Positions 55,692 to 64,000 of a DNA stretch of 64,000 nucleotides are shown piece by piece. A program made the translations under genes and the position numbers. Source of the DNA: an uncultured Bifidobacteriaceae bacterium (GTDB lineage Bacteria > Verrucomicrobiota > Verrucomicrobiia > Limisphaerales > UBA11358). The stretch spans positions 18,808-82,807 of the forward strand of contig CAZZPE010000004.1 in assembly GCA_964655855.1 (NCBI GenBank), given 5' to 3'. The notes beneath the pieces are model-generated. The model did no database searches. It saw only the letters and a list, made by a program, of their open reading frames with translations, and had not been told where the DNA came from. How positions within the stretch are numbered: the first letter of the stretch is position 1; the number at the start of each line of letters is the position of its first letter.

Positions 55692-58166
55692 TCAAAATCT
55701 TTGCAGCCGGAAAAACAAATCGCCGCTGGTCAGGGGCAGCGTGATGATCTGCAGCCCGTTGGTGAGAACGGGCGGCGGCGGCAGCGTCACCAGCGTCCAG
55801 CTGTTGGTGGACAGCAGGTTGGTGTTGGATTCAAGGCGGTATTCGGGCAGATAGGCCGGCTGGGTCAGAGTCACGTTCGTCTTGCCCGGACCTGAAACAA
55901 TGGTCAATGCCGGCGGGACTTCCAGCAGCAGGATTTTGGCGAGGAAGGCGTCGCTGGTCCCGTTGAGCGCGGCGTGCAGCGCGTTGTTCGTCGGAAAATT
56001 GGACGAGAGCGTCTGGCCGACCACGTAGGCATCGCCGGCCGGATCCAGCGCCAGACCGTAGCCGAAATCGTCGTTCGCACCGCCGAGACAGACCGAATAG
56101 AGCAGCGCCGAGGCATCGGAGTTGAATGCCGTGACAAAAACGTCGTTGCCACCGGAATTGGTCCCGGCCAGATAGGTTGCCGTGTTTGTCGTCGGGAAAT
56201 CGGTCGAGGTGGCGGCTCCGACGACAAATGCCTCACCCGCCGGATCCACCGCCACGCCGTAGCCGACATCACCGGCAAGCCCGCCGAAAACCACGGCGTA
56301 AACGATGTTGGTTCCTGTCGGTCCGAGCTTCACCAGAAAGGCGTTGGTCGTGAGAATCGAGCCGCTTAAATTGTTGGTCACCCCGCTGAACAAGCCGGGG
56401 ACATTCGTTGTGGTGTCCGGAAAATTCGGCGAAATCGCCCCGCCGGTCACGTAGGCATTGCCCGCGGAATCCGCCGCGACAGCGTAGCCGAGGTCATCGT
56501 CCATCCCGCCCAGATAAGTGGAATAAACCAGCGCAAGGTTCGTGGCGGAGGGCTGCGCGAATTTTGCAACGAAAACATTGTAGCTGAGGGTCACGTTGGT
56601 GATGCCGCCCAAAACACCCTGCCACGCGTTGGTCGTCGGGAAATTGGTCGAGTCGGTGAAACCGGTCAGATAAACGGCACCGGAACCATCCACGGCAATG
56701 CCCTCGGCCGCATCCACGTTGGTGCCGCCGAAGTAGGTTGAATACAACAAATTCGTGCCACCCGGCCCGATCTTGGTCAAAAATCCGTTAAAGAATCCTG
56801 CCAGCCGGTTCAACAAGACATTGGTCGTGCCCGCGAGTTTGTAAGCCAGCGGATGGACGGCAGGAAAATTGGTGGAACTGGTGTAACCGGTGACATACGC
56901 ATCACCCGCCGAATCCAGCGCGATGCCTAAGCCTTCATCTCCGGTGCCTGCAATTCCAACAGTGCCGCTGCCGCCAAGGTAGGTCGAATAAACCAAGTTC
57001 GATCCGCTGGAATTCAACTCTGTGACAAAAGCGTTGCCGCTGTAGTAAGCATAGCCATGATAAGTATAATAGGCATGTCCGAGAATCTTGGGATAAAGCG
57101 CATTGGTTGTCGGAAAATCCGGAGAAGTCGTGTAACCGGTCAGAAAGACATCGCCCGCTTTGTCAACGGCCAGACCGGAAGCCAGATCATCCTGACTGCC
57201 ACCGAGATAGGTGTAATAAACCAAATTGGAACCGTTATTGCTGAATTTTGCAACAAATGCGTCGCCGTTAATGGAACCGCCAGCGAAGTTCGTCTGAAAC
57301 GCACCAACCGTCGCCAGTTTTGCCGAGAGTGTCTCGCCCACGACATAAATAAAACCGTTTGTGTCCACAGCCACCGCCGCAGCCCCATCATCAGCGCTTC
57401 CACCAAAATAAGTCGAATAACTCAAAATCGGGTCAATCACCAGCGGCAGGCTGTGGTCATACTCACCAACGGTGAACGCGGCGGTGTGCGCATCCAAAAT
57501 TCTGTAGCCGCCGCTGATTTCCCGGCGCGCGCCATTGGCTGTCTGGTAAATGACCGGCTTCGGCTGGCGGATTTCACTGTCGCCCAGGTTCAAAACCAGT
57601 TCGCCGGCATGACCGACGGAAACATTGTCCGCGCCGTCAAAACGGATGGCGATGACGCTGGGATCCGCTCCGGGCGCGACGGTGAAATCATATTCAAGCT
57701 GCCGCTGGTTGCCATAATAGGTCAGATTGACGCCGGGATAAAGCCGGCCGACATCCACCCGAGCAAAGGTTGCCACGCCGGTCTGCCAGTGCGCCGGTTG
57801 ATTGCCGATGAGGTAGTTGATTTTGCCGGACAACTCCTCCGCACCGGAAATTTGGGCGCGGTCGTTTGCGCCCGCAAATTCCATCCGCACCGATCGCATG
57901 GAAAAAGCGCCCGGCGCGGTTGTCTTGCGAAGAACGAATTGCGCCGCGCCGGGCGAGATCAGAAATTCAGAATCGCGTCCGCGCGCGATGAATTGCGCCG
58001 GGGAATCCACCTGCCCCTGGTTGGTCTCAAAATAGAGCGGCAGACCGGCCGGCACCACCGCCGTTTGTGCCACGGCAACGGCGGCAAACAGTCCCAGCCA
58101 GCCCGCACCGCAGAGACCCGTGAGGACTGGCTTCACAAACCGGATTTTTTTCATCCAAGTCGTCAT
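55692..58166 (-). CDS. Secreted SBBP-repeat (beta-propeller) surface protein with C-terminal tail domain
   Basis: Signal peptide, LPLYFETNQGQ..QLEYDF N-terminal domain, about seven YSTYLGGS.DD.G..IAVD..G..YVTG.T.S..FP repeats, ends YRLESNTNLL..W...FFRLQRF. Confidence 0.85.
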   Translation of the reverse strand: MTTWMKKIRFVKPVLTGLCGAGWLGLFAAVAVAQTAVVPAGLPLYFETNQGQVDSPAQFIARGRDSEFLISPGAAQFVLRKTTAPGAFSMRSVRMEFAGANDRAQISGAEELSGKINYLIGNQPAHWQTGVATFARVDVGRLYPGVNLTYYGNQRQLEYDFTVAPGADPSVIAIRFDGADNVSVGHAGELVLNLGDSEIRQPKPVIYQTANGARREISGGYRILDAHTAAFTVGEYDHSLPLVIDPILSYSTYFGGSADDGAAAVAVDTNGFIYVVGETLSAKLATVGAFQTNFAGGSINGDAFVAKFSNNGSNLVYYTYLGGSQDDLASGLAVDKAGDVFLTGYTTSPDFPTTNALYPKILGHAYYTYHGYAYYSGNAFVTELNSSGSNLVYSTYLGGSGTVGIAGTGDEGLGIALDSAGDAYVTGYTSSTNFPAVHPLAYKLAGTTNVLLNRLAGFFNGFLTKIGPGGTNLLYSTYFGGTNVDAAEGIAVDGSGAVYLTGFTDSTNFPTTNAWQGVLGGITNVTLSYNVFVAKFAQPSATNLALVYSTYLGGMDDDLGYAVAADSAGNAYVTGGAISPNFPDTTTNVPGLFSGVTNNLSGSILTTNAFLVKLGPTGTNIVYAVVFGGLAGDVGYGVAVDPAGEAFVVGAATSTDFPTTNTATYLAGTNSGGNDVFVTAFNSDASALLYSVCLGGANDDFGYGLALDPAGDAYVVGQTLSSNFPTNNALHAALNGTSDAFLAKILLLEVPPALTIVSGPGKTNVTLTQPAYLPEYRLESNTNLLSTNSWTLVTLPPPPVLTNGLQIITLPLTSGDLFFRLQRF

Positions 58167-58167
58167 C

Positions 58168-60696
58168 TTAAAATTGTCGTGTGTAGCCGACGCCGAACTG
58201 GAACTTTCCGGAAGAGCCATTGTATTGATCATGCGTAATGGGAATGCCGTAGTCCAGCCGCAACGGGCCGAGGTGCGGAATATCCAGCCGCAAGCCGATG
58301 CCAGCGTCGTCGTCAAAATAGCCGGAGAAGGAATACGATCCCGCGCCCACCGCGCCGGCGTCATAGAACAGTGCAAAACGCACGCTGGGGCCGTTTTCCT
58401 TTTCGAGAATCGGAATGCTGTATTCCAGCGAACCATACCAGAAACTGTCGCCGCCAATCGGCTCGTTGGGCATCGCCGGATTGTCGCCAAACGCAGGGTC
58501 GCGCGGCGCGATGTTCCGGTATTTGAAGCCGCGCAGCGAGTAAAGTCCGCCAAGATATTCGCGGTCATAAAATGGCACGTCGTCGGAACCCAGCCCGCTG
58601 TCTAAACCGGCGCGTCCGTCCGCCTCCAGCACATGACCCTTGAACAAGCCGGGGAAATACCACGCGGTCTTGGCCTCCAGTTTGTAATAAATCGTGTCAC
58701 CCACGCTCAATTCAGGATCCAGTTCCGTCCGCTGGCCGTGATTCGGCAGTTTATTATTGTTCCGCGTGTCGTAGGCAAGCGAAGCACCGAAACGCTGAAA
58801 CAAATGGTCGCCGGTTTGTTCAAAAATGGCCCCGGGCACATTCGATTGATAGGGGGTTCCCGGTGCCGTGATGCCACCACGACTAAATGGCGGCGGCACG
58901 CCCGGTTGAGGTTGAGCGTCATGCCACCCGCCATTCAGATCAATGCCAACATCCTCGACGGTATAGCTGACGCTGCCGATGAGGAAATCGCTCCCCAGGG
59001 CGCGGGTCAGGCTCAAGCGCGTGCCGGTGCGGGTCTCGTTGTAAATGTTGTTGGGGCTTTCATAATCCATCTCGTGCCGGTAAAGGTCCACGCCCAGCGA
59101 CAGCTTGCGATTCAAAAACCACGGCTCGATGAACGAGAGTTCGTAGTCCTGCCGCTGGGTGCCCAACTGGATGAACAGGCGCAATTTCTGCCCGCCGCCG
59201 GTGAAGTAGGGCGGATGGAACAGGTCGAAATTTCCCTGCGAGATTTCGGCAAACCCGACGAGCGCGTCCACCGAGCTGAAGCCCGCGCCGAGCGTGAACT
59301 TGCCGGTGTCCTTCTCCTCCACGTTCACGTCCAGGTTTTTGCGCCCGGCAATCGGCGGGTCGGTCGGCTCCGGCTGCAAATCCACCTTGTCAAAATAGTC
59401 CAGCCCTTCGAGGCGCTGCTTGCTGGTTTTCACGCGCACCATGTCAAAGACCTCGCCGGGCGCGATGGCCAGCTCCCGGCGGATGACCTTGTCCTTGGTC
59501 TTGATGTTGCCACGGATGTTGATCTGTTCCACATGGGCCTTCTGCCCCTCGTCCACGTGGAATCCCAAATCCATCGTCCCCGTGTCCACGTTCGGAACGC
59601 GGACGGTGTTCAGCGACTGCCCGCGCTGCACGTCAATGTAACCCTGGCTGCCGTAGAAATCCTCGATGGCCGTCATGTCCTTGTTCAAACCGTCGGGCGT
59701 GAAGGTGCTGCCCGTTTTCATCTTGAAATCCGCGTTCAATTTTTTGCTTCTCAACCACGCGGCATCCGCCGGACTACCCTTGGGCTTCGGCTCCGGCCCC
59801 GGTTTGAAGGCGGGGCTGACCGCGTTGGTGGGCAGCAAGGTCGTGCCGCTGAACGTGACCGCCCCCATCTTGTATTGTTTTCCTTCATAAACGAAAAACC
59901 GGAGCAGCAGCATGTTCGGGAACGGATACTCGAACGTCACATCCTTGATGTCAAAATCCAGATAGCCGTGGTTGCGGTAATATTCCGTCAGCGCGTCCTT
60001 GTCGTCGTCAAACTCATCCTTCTTGAACACGCCGCTGCCCGTCAGCCACGAAAACATCCAGTGCGCCCGCGTCTTGATCTGCTTGGCCAACTCCTTCTGC
60101 GGAAACGCCGACGCGCCGATGAACTCGACCCGCAGAATCTTGATCTTCTGGCTTTCGACAACCTGAAACGTGACCGAGGCGCGGCCCGCGGCCTCGTCAA
60201 ACGTGTCAAAAACGTATTTCACCTGCGTGTCGGGATAGCCGTATTTCTCGTAGAGCTTTTTCATCTCCTGCACGTCGGTGAACAATTTCTGCTCGTCCAG
60301 CGGTTCGCCGGTCTTCACCGTGATTTTCTTCTTCAGCTTTGAACTGCTCAAGTCTTTGTTACCCGTGATCTTGATGTCCGTGATCCGCAATCGCGCCTGC
60401 ACGGTGTAGGTCACCACCAGGCCACCGTCGTCCTGCGGATCCACGGAAACACGGATGTTGTTGAACTGGCCGGTGCCGTAAAGCGAATGGATGTCGTCCT
60501 CGGTCAGATTCGGATGGTAGATGTCGCCGGCCTTGAGACGGATGTTGGCACGGACAAACTGCTCGCTGACCGACGCGGGCCCGACATATTTGATGTCCAC
60601 GCGCTCCACTTTCGGCCCGGTGTCCTGCGCCCACGCGAGCTGCGCGCAGCCAAACAGGAGCCATATCCCAAAAAGGCGGGTAAGTAATTTCATCAC
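58168..60696 (-). CDS. bamA: Outer membrane protein assembly factor BamA
   Basis: Signal peptide, POTRA repeats, GNIKTKDKVIRREL, YLGG..SLRGFKYR, C-terminal FQFGVGYTRQF. Confidence 0.95.
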   Translation of the reverse strand: MMKLLTRLFGIWLLFGCAQLAWAQDTGPKVERVDIKYVGPASVSEQFVRANIRLKAGDIYHPNLTEDDIHSLYGTGQFNNIRVSVDPQDDGGLVVTYTVQARLRITDIKITGNKDLSSSKLKKKITVKTGEPLDEQKLFTDVQEMKKLYEKYGYPDTQVKYVFDTFDEAAGRASVTFQVVESQKIKILRVEFIGASAFPQKELAKQIKTRAHWMFSWLTGSGVFKKDEFDDDKDALTEYYRNHGYLDFDIKDVTFEYPFPNMLLLRFFVYEGKQYKMGAVTFSGTTLLPTNAVSPAFKPGPEPKPKGSPADAAWLRSKKLNADFKMKTGSTFTPDGLNKDMTAIEDFYGSQGYIDVQRGQSLNTVRVPNVDTGTMDLGFHVDEGQKAHVEQINIRGNIKTKDKVIRRELAIAPGEVFDMVRVKTSKQRLEGLDYFDKVDLQPEPTDPPIAGRKNLDVNVEEKDTGKFTLGAGFSSVDALVGFAEISQGNFDLFHPPYFTGGGQKLRLFIQLGTQRQDYELSFIEPWFLNRKLSLGVDLYRHEMDYESPNNIYNETRTGTRLSLTRALGSDFLIGSVSYTVEDVGIDLNGGWHDAQPQPGVPPPFSRGGITAPGTPYQSNVPGAIFEQTGDHLFQRFGASLAYDTRNNNKLPNHGQRTELDPELSVGDTIYYKLEAKTAWYFPGLFKGHVLEADGRAGLDSGLGSDDVPFYDREYLGGLYSLRGFKYRNIAPRDPAFGDNPAMPNEPIGGDSFWYGSLEYSIPILEKENGPSVRFALFYDAGAVGAGSYSFSGYFDDDAGIGLRLDIPHLGPLRLDYGIPITHDQYNGSSGKFQFGVGYTRQF

Positions 60697-62166
60697 CTAT
60701 CGCTCCATTGGCACGTCTTCATCGCTGACTTTGGCTGCGCTTTCAAATCGCGTGTAAGATTTCAAGAATGTCAAGTTCACGTCGCCCGTCGGGCCGTTGC
60801 GCTGTTTCGCAATCAGCAGGTTGACCGGCATGCCGTCCGCTTCTTCCATGTTTCCGTCGTCGTCCTCGCCCGCGCTCGGCTTATACAGCAGTCCCACCAG
60901 GTCGGCGTCCTGTTCAATCGCGCCGGACTCGCGCAGGTCGCTCAACCGCGGCTTGCGGCTCTTGTCCCGCTCCAGCTCGCGGTTCAACTGCGAAAGCACC
61001 AGCACCGGCACCTTCAATTCCTTCGCCAGCGCCTTGAGGCCGCTGGAAATATCCGAGATTTCCTGCTGCCGGTTTTCCTGCGAACGCCGCGCAGTAGAAT
61101 GCAGCAACTGCAAATAGTCAACCACGAAAAGCTTCACGCCGTGCATCTGGTGCAGCCGCCGCGCCCGCGCCCGCAACTGCAAAATCGAAAGCCCCGCCGA
61201 ATCGTCAATGAACAGTTTCGAGTTCGCCAGCCTCCCCGCCGCGTTCGTTAACTTCGGAAAATCCGCCTCGCTCATGAAGCCCTCGCGGATGCTCCGCAGG
61301 TTCACCCGCGCGATCGAGCACATCATGCGCATCACCAGCGCCTCCGCGCTCATTTCCAGGCTGAACACCGCCGCCGGCAATTTTTGCTCCAGCACGACAT
61401 TCTCCACGATGTTCATCGCCAGCGACGTTTTTCCCATCGAGGGCCGCGCCGCGATGACGACCATTTCGCTGCCGTGCAAACCGTCCGTCATCCGGTCCAG
61501 GTCCGCATAGCCCGTTCCCAACCCCGTGAGCGCGCCCTTGCGGCTGAAAAAATTCTCGATCGTCCCGATGGCCTTGCCGACCAGCTCCTTGGTCGTCAGC
61601 GAATCGCTTTGCGCGCGCGACTCGCTGATCCGCAGCACGTCGCGCTCCACCTCGTCCATCAGCGCGTCCACATCGCCCTCGTAATCATAAACCCGCCCCA
61701 CCACCTCCGTGCAGGTCTGGATCATTTTCCGCAGCAGGAACTTCTCCTTCACGATGTCGAGGTAATAGCTCAGGTTCGCCGCACTCGGCACCGCGTCCTG
61801 AAGCTGCGACAGATAAGCGATGCCGCCGACCTGATCCAGAAGCTGCTTGTCCTTGAGCCGCTGCTGGACGGTGATGACGTCAATCGCCTCGCGCGTGTTG
61901 AACATCGCGGCCAGCGTCTCGTAAATCGTCTGATGCCGCAGGTCGTAGAAAACCTCCTGACCGTTGTCCTTCAATTTCTCGATGCACTCGCCCAGGCATT
62001 CGTTCGGCGAGAGCAGCGCGCAGCCGAGCACCCCCTGCTCCGCCTCCGGCGAATGCGGCGGCAGCCGGTCCAGTTTGACGGGGTCGGATGCGGAAACATT
62101 TTTGCGGCGGCGCGCCTTCTTCAAATCCGCCGCGGCACCGGCGGCTTCGGAAACGGAATCAATCAT
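60697..62166 (-). CDS. dnaB: Replicative DNA helicase
   Basis: PPHSPEAEQGVLG, AARPSMGKT, DYLQL, PRLSDLRESGAIEQDAD; 489 aa. Confidence 0.97.
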   Translation of the reverse strand: MIDSVSEAAGAAADLKKARRRKNVSASDPVKLDRLPPHSPEAEQGVLGCALLSPNECLGECIEKLKDNGQEVFYDLRHQTIYETLAAMFNTREAIDVITVQQRLKDKQLLDQVGGIAYLSQLQDAVPSAANLSYYLDIVKEKFLLRKMIQTCTEVVGRVYDYEGDVDALMDEVERDVLRISESRAQSDSLTTKELVGKAIGTIENFFSRKGALTGLGTGYADLDRMTDGLHGSEMVVIAARPSMGKTSLAMNIVENVVLEQKLPAAVFSLEMSAEALVMRMMCSIARVNLRSIREGFMSEADFPKLTNAAGRLANSKLFIDDSAGLSILQLRARARRLHQMHGVKLFVVDYLQLLHSTARRSQENRQQEISDISSGLKALAKELKVPVLVLSQLNRELERDKSRKPRLSDLRESGAIEQDADLVGLLYKPSAGEDDDGNMEEADGMPVNLLIAKQRNGPTGDVNLTFLKSYTRFESAAKVSDEDVPMER

Positions 62167-62251
62167 ACGAATAGAATCGCCGCTGGCATTTCGGCGGCAA
62201 GACAAAGTTGTTTTTCTTGTTACCAAATTATTCGCCGCGCGATTTCAGGCT

Positions 62252-62317
62252 TCATCCGTCCCACTCGCCGGTCTGGAGATACGGCTTGAGCTTTTCCTTG
62301 AGCGTTTCGCGACCGCG
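62252..62317 (-). repeat. Duplicated 3' end of the ECF sigma gene (distal direct repeat)
   Basis: 62261-62311 is identical to 62900-62950 (51 bp), extending to 57 bp with one mismatch; reads RGRETLKEKLKPYLQTGEWDG-stop. Confidence 0.92.
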
Positions 62318-62321
62318 CTTT

Positions 62322-62615
62322 CTAAACGCGGCTTTTCCAATAACCCGGACGCCGTTTCATGTGCATCACCGCCAAAATCCAGATGCGGTCTGGCTGCTCG
62401 ACGTAAACCACCGCATACGGAAAGACGGTTGAGAAATGCCGTTGCGCAGGCGGGTCAAAATGGCGGAAGCGTTTCGGATTGCGGCGGACATCTTGAACGA
62501 GCCGCTCCATCTCGTCGTAAAAACGTCCGCCGAGTTCGAGAGAAACATGCGCGTAGTAATTTGCGGTGTCCGCATATTCCGCCGCCGCTTCGGGATGGAA
62601 GGCGTGCGGTTTCAC
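62322..62615 (-). CDS. RelE/ParE-family type II toxin
   Basis: FHPEAAAEY..YY..LG.RF..E, FPYAVVY..IWILAVMH.KRRPGYW; overlaps the antitoxin stop. Confidence 0.88.
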   Translation of the reverse strand: MKPHAFHPEAAAEYADTANYYAHVSLELGGRFYDEMERLVQDVRRNPKRFRHFDPPAQRHFSTVFPYAVVYVEQPDRIWILAVMHMKRRPGYWKSRV

Positions 62616-62845
62616 CGCCCGACGATTTTGCGGATGCGGCTGCTGACAACTTCACCGGGGACGGCTTGCACCTTGCCGCTTTCCAATTCGGCCAGACGGC
62701 GACGCGTTTCCTGTTTCCAAGCGAATTCAATTTCCGGCTCAACATCGGCGTGCAATCCAGAGGTGAGGCGATCCACAACCTCCGCCACCTGCTCGCGCGG
62801 CAATTGGCTCGCTTCTTCGACGATTTGATCCAACGTCATCGGCAT
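62612..62845 (-). CDS. Addiction-module antitoxin (TIGR02574-like)
   Basis: 77 aa; L.LP.E....V..L, AW..E..RR..E..SG.V..VPGE pattern; directly upstream of the toxin. Confidence 0.85.
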   Translation of the reverse strand: MPMTLDQIVEEASQLPREQVAEVVDRLTSGLHADVEPEIEFAWKQETRRRLAELESGKVQAVPGEVVSSRIRKIVGR

Positions 62846-62890
62846 GGTTTGAAACTACGCCCTGTTATTGTCCGGCGCAATCGGGAAATT

Positions 62891-63493
62891 TCATTCCGTC
62901 CACTCGCCGGTCTGGAGATACGGCTTGAGCTTTTCCTTGAGCGTTTCGCGGCCGCGATGGATGAGCGATTTGGTGGCGGAGAGCGAGCAGTCCAAAACCC
63001 CGGCAATTTCCTCGTAGCTCAATTCGTCCTGCCGGCAGAGCAAAATGGCGGCGCGCTGGTTTTCCGGCAGCCCGGCGAGCGCCTCCTCGATTTTCCGCGC
63101 CAGCTCGCCTTGCAGCAGTTGTTCCGGCGGGGCCATCTGCGATTTGTCCTCGTATTGCCGGTGCGGCTGGTCCTCGTGTTCGGCGTGCTCTTCCTCGATG
63201 GACTCGGCAGGATGGCGCGAACGGCGGCGGATTTCGTTCAGGCACAGATTCCGCGCGATGGTGAAAAGCCAGGTGGAAAACTTCGCGGTCTGCCGGTAGC
63301 GGCCGCGCGATTTCCAGGCCTGGAGAAAAACATTTTGCGCCAGGTCCTCGGACTCCGCCTCGTCGCGCAGCGAGCGGTGGATGAAGTTCATCACGGGCTG
63401 CTTGTATTTGTCCACCAGCCCGGCAAAAGCCGCGCGGTCGCCGCGCCGGGCGCGGAGCATCAGCGCGGCATCGGGATCGGTTTGGGCTGGCAT
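62891..63493 (-). CDS. ECF RNA polymerase sigma factor (SigW/RpoE-like)
   Basis: D..LMLRA..GD..AF..LV, EDLAQNVFL, FSTWLFTIARN, LSYEEIA..L..S..ATKSLIHRGR. Confidence 0.93.
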   Translation of the reverse strand: MPAQTDPDAALMLRARRGDRAAFAGLVDKYKQPVMNFIHRSLRDEAESEDLAQNVFLQAWKSRGRYRQTAKFSTWLFTIARNLCLNEIRRRSRHPAESIEEEHAEHEDQPHRQYEDKSQMAPPEQLLQGELARKIEEALAGLPENQRAAILLCRQDELSYEEIAGVLDCSLSATKSLIHRGRETLKEKLKPYLQTGEWTE

Positions 63494-63620
63494 CGCGCGC
63501 AGAGTGTATCAAACCCGCCGCGCACGGAAAGATTTCGATGCGCCCATCGTCCTCGAATTCAACAAGGAGCGTCGCGGCATTGCTTGCTTTGGAGCCGTTT
63601 TGCCCGCAATTTATGCGCCC

Positions 63621-64000
63621 GTGCAGGATTTGCAGAAAAAAATCGAAGCCGCCGCCAGGGAGCGTTTGACGCTGCCGGCGGACAGCACCGCCGTCGAAAA
63701 GCTCGCCTCCTACAAGGGATTTCTCAAGATCCAGACGCACCGGCTCAAGCTGCTGCACCGCGCGGGCGCGGGCGGGCGCGAAATCTGCCTGGGCCGGGCG
63801 GCGATTCTGGACGCGCTGTTGCGGCATTTGTGGACATCGGCCAAAAGCAGCCTCTCCGCGCAGGCGCAGGAGGAATTCCCGCCGCTGGCGCTGGTGGCCA
63901 TCGGCGGCTACGGCCGCGCGGAGCTGAATCCGCACAGCGACATTGACTTCATGTTTCTGCACGACGGCCAGATCGCGGCGAACAAGCCGCTGCCGCATTT
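63621..64000 (+). CDS. glnD: [Protein-PII] uridylyltransferase, 5' part (runs off window)
   Basis: Read manually from GTG 63621: ...LALVAIGGYGRAELNPHSDIDFMFLH nucleotidyltransferase motif. Confidence 0.85.
   Translation, partial: MQDLQKKIEAAARERLTLPADSTAVEKLASYKGFLKIQTHRLKLLHRAGAGGREICLGRAAILDALLRHLWTSAKSSLSAQAQEEFPPLALVAIGGYGRAELNPHSDIDFMFLHDGQIAANKPLPH

Larger units (their letters stand above)
62318..62890 (-). mobile_element. Direct-repeat-flanked toxin-antitoxin islet
   Basis: Unique segment between the two copies of the sigma-gene 3' end (repeat period 639 bp) containing only the TA pair. Confidence 0.65.

Noticed and set aside
55692-58568. 958-aa version of the SBBP ORF and other upstream-extended ORFs (1253, 8953, 10728, 16690, 21912, 25902)
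   Set aside because: The extensions overlap neighbouring genes; downstream starts give proper signal peptides or family N-termini.
58168-62166. dnaB directly abutting bamA as a novel coupling
   Set aside because: As far as I recall this order is common in Verrucomicrobiota, so it was treated as ordinary synteny.
61964-63946. 660-aa ORF containing the repeated peptide PLAGLEIRLELFLERF
   Set aside because: It is the antisense reading of the duplicated sigma-gene 3' end and overlaps four real genes.

Overview
High-GC bacterial chromosomal window, most likely from Verrucomicrobiota subdivision 3 (Pedosphaerales/Limisphaerales-like). This assignment is inferred from gene content and protein style, not from a search. 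It is mostly housekeeping and envelope genes: a CusCBA-type metal efflux operon, mlaEFD plus a PIN/TRAM gene, a FAD oxidase, GH3 and GH28 hydrolases, rsmI, ymdB, a WecA-like/GT4/DUF2723-like glycosylation block, rlmD, a ClC channel, Bcp, polyprenol-P-mannose synthase, der, class II RNR (nrdJ), pabB/pabC, lemA-M48, pfk-pheT-pheS-rplT-rpmI, skp-bamA-dnaB, two ECF sigma factors and a partial glnD. No rRNA, tRNA, CRISPR array, transposase or integrase was recognised. The most striking unexplained signal is a dense set of short repeats from several families: GTAG-tagged REP-like hairpin doublets, four-unit heptamer arrays and octamer or hexamer inverted arrays. They sit between genes and also in frame inside pheS, pheT, der, pabB (five sites), ymdB, an endonuclease III-like gene and tolC, and they supply the TAG stop codon of three genes. 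Other notable items are a 639-bp toxin-antitoxin islet flanked by a duplicated 3' end of a sigma-factor gene with no integrase, two large secreted proteins sharing a putative C-terminal sorting domain (one encoded between bamA and skp), and a divergent DUF2723/TMEM260-like TPR membrane protein in a glycosyltransferase cluster. Start codons were adjusted by eye where the ORF track extended upstream.
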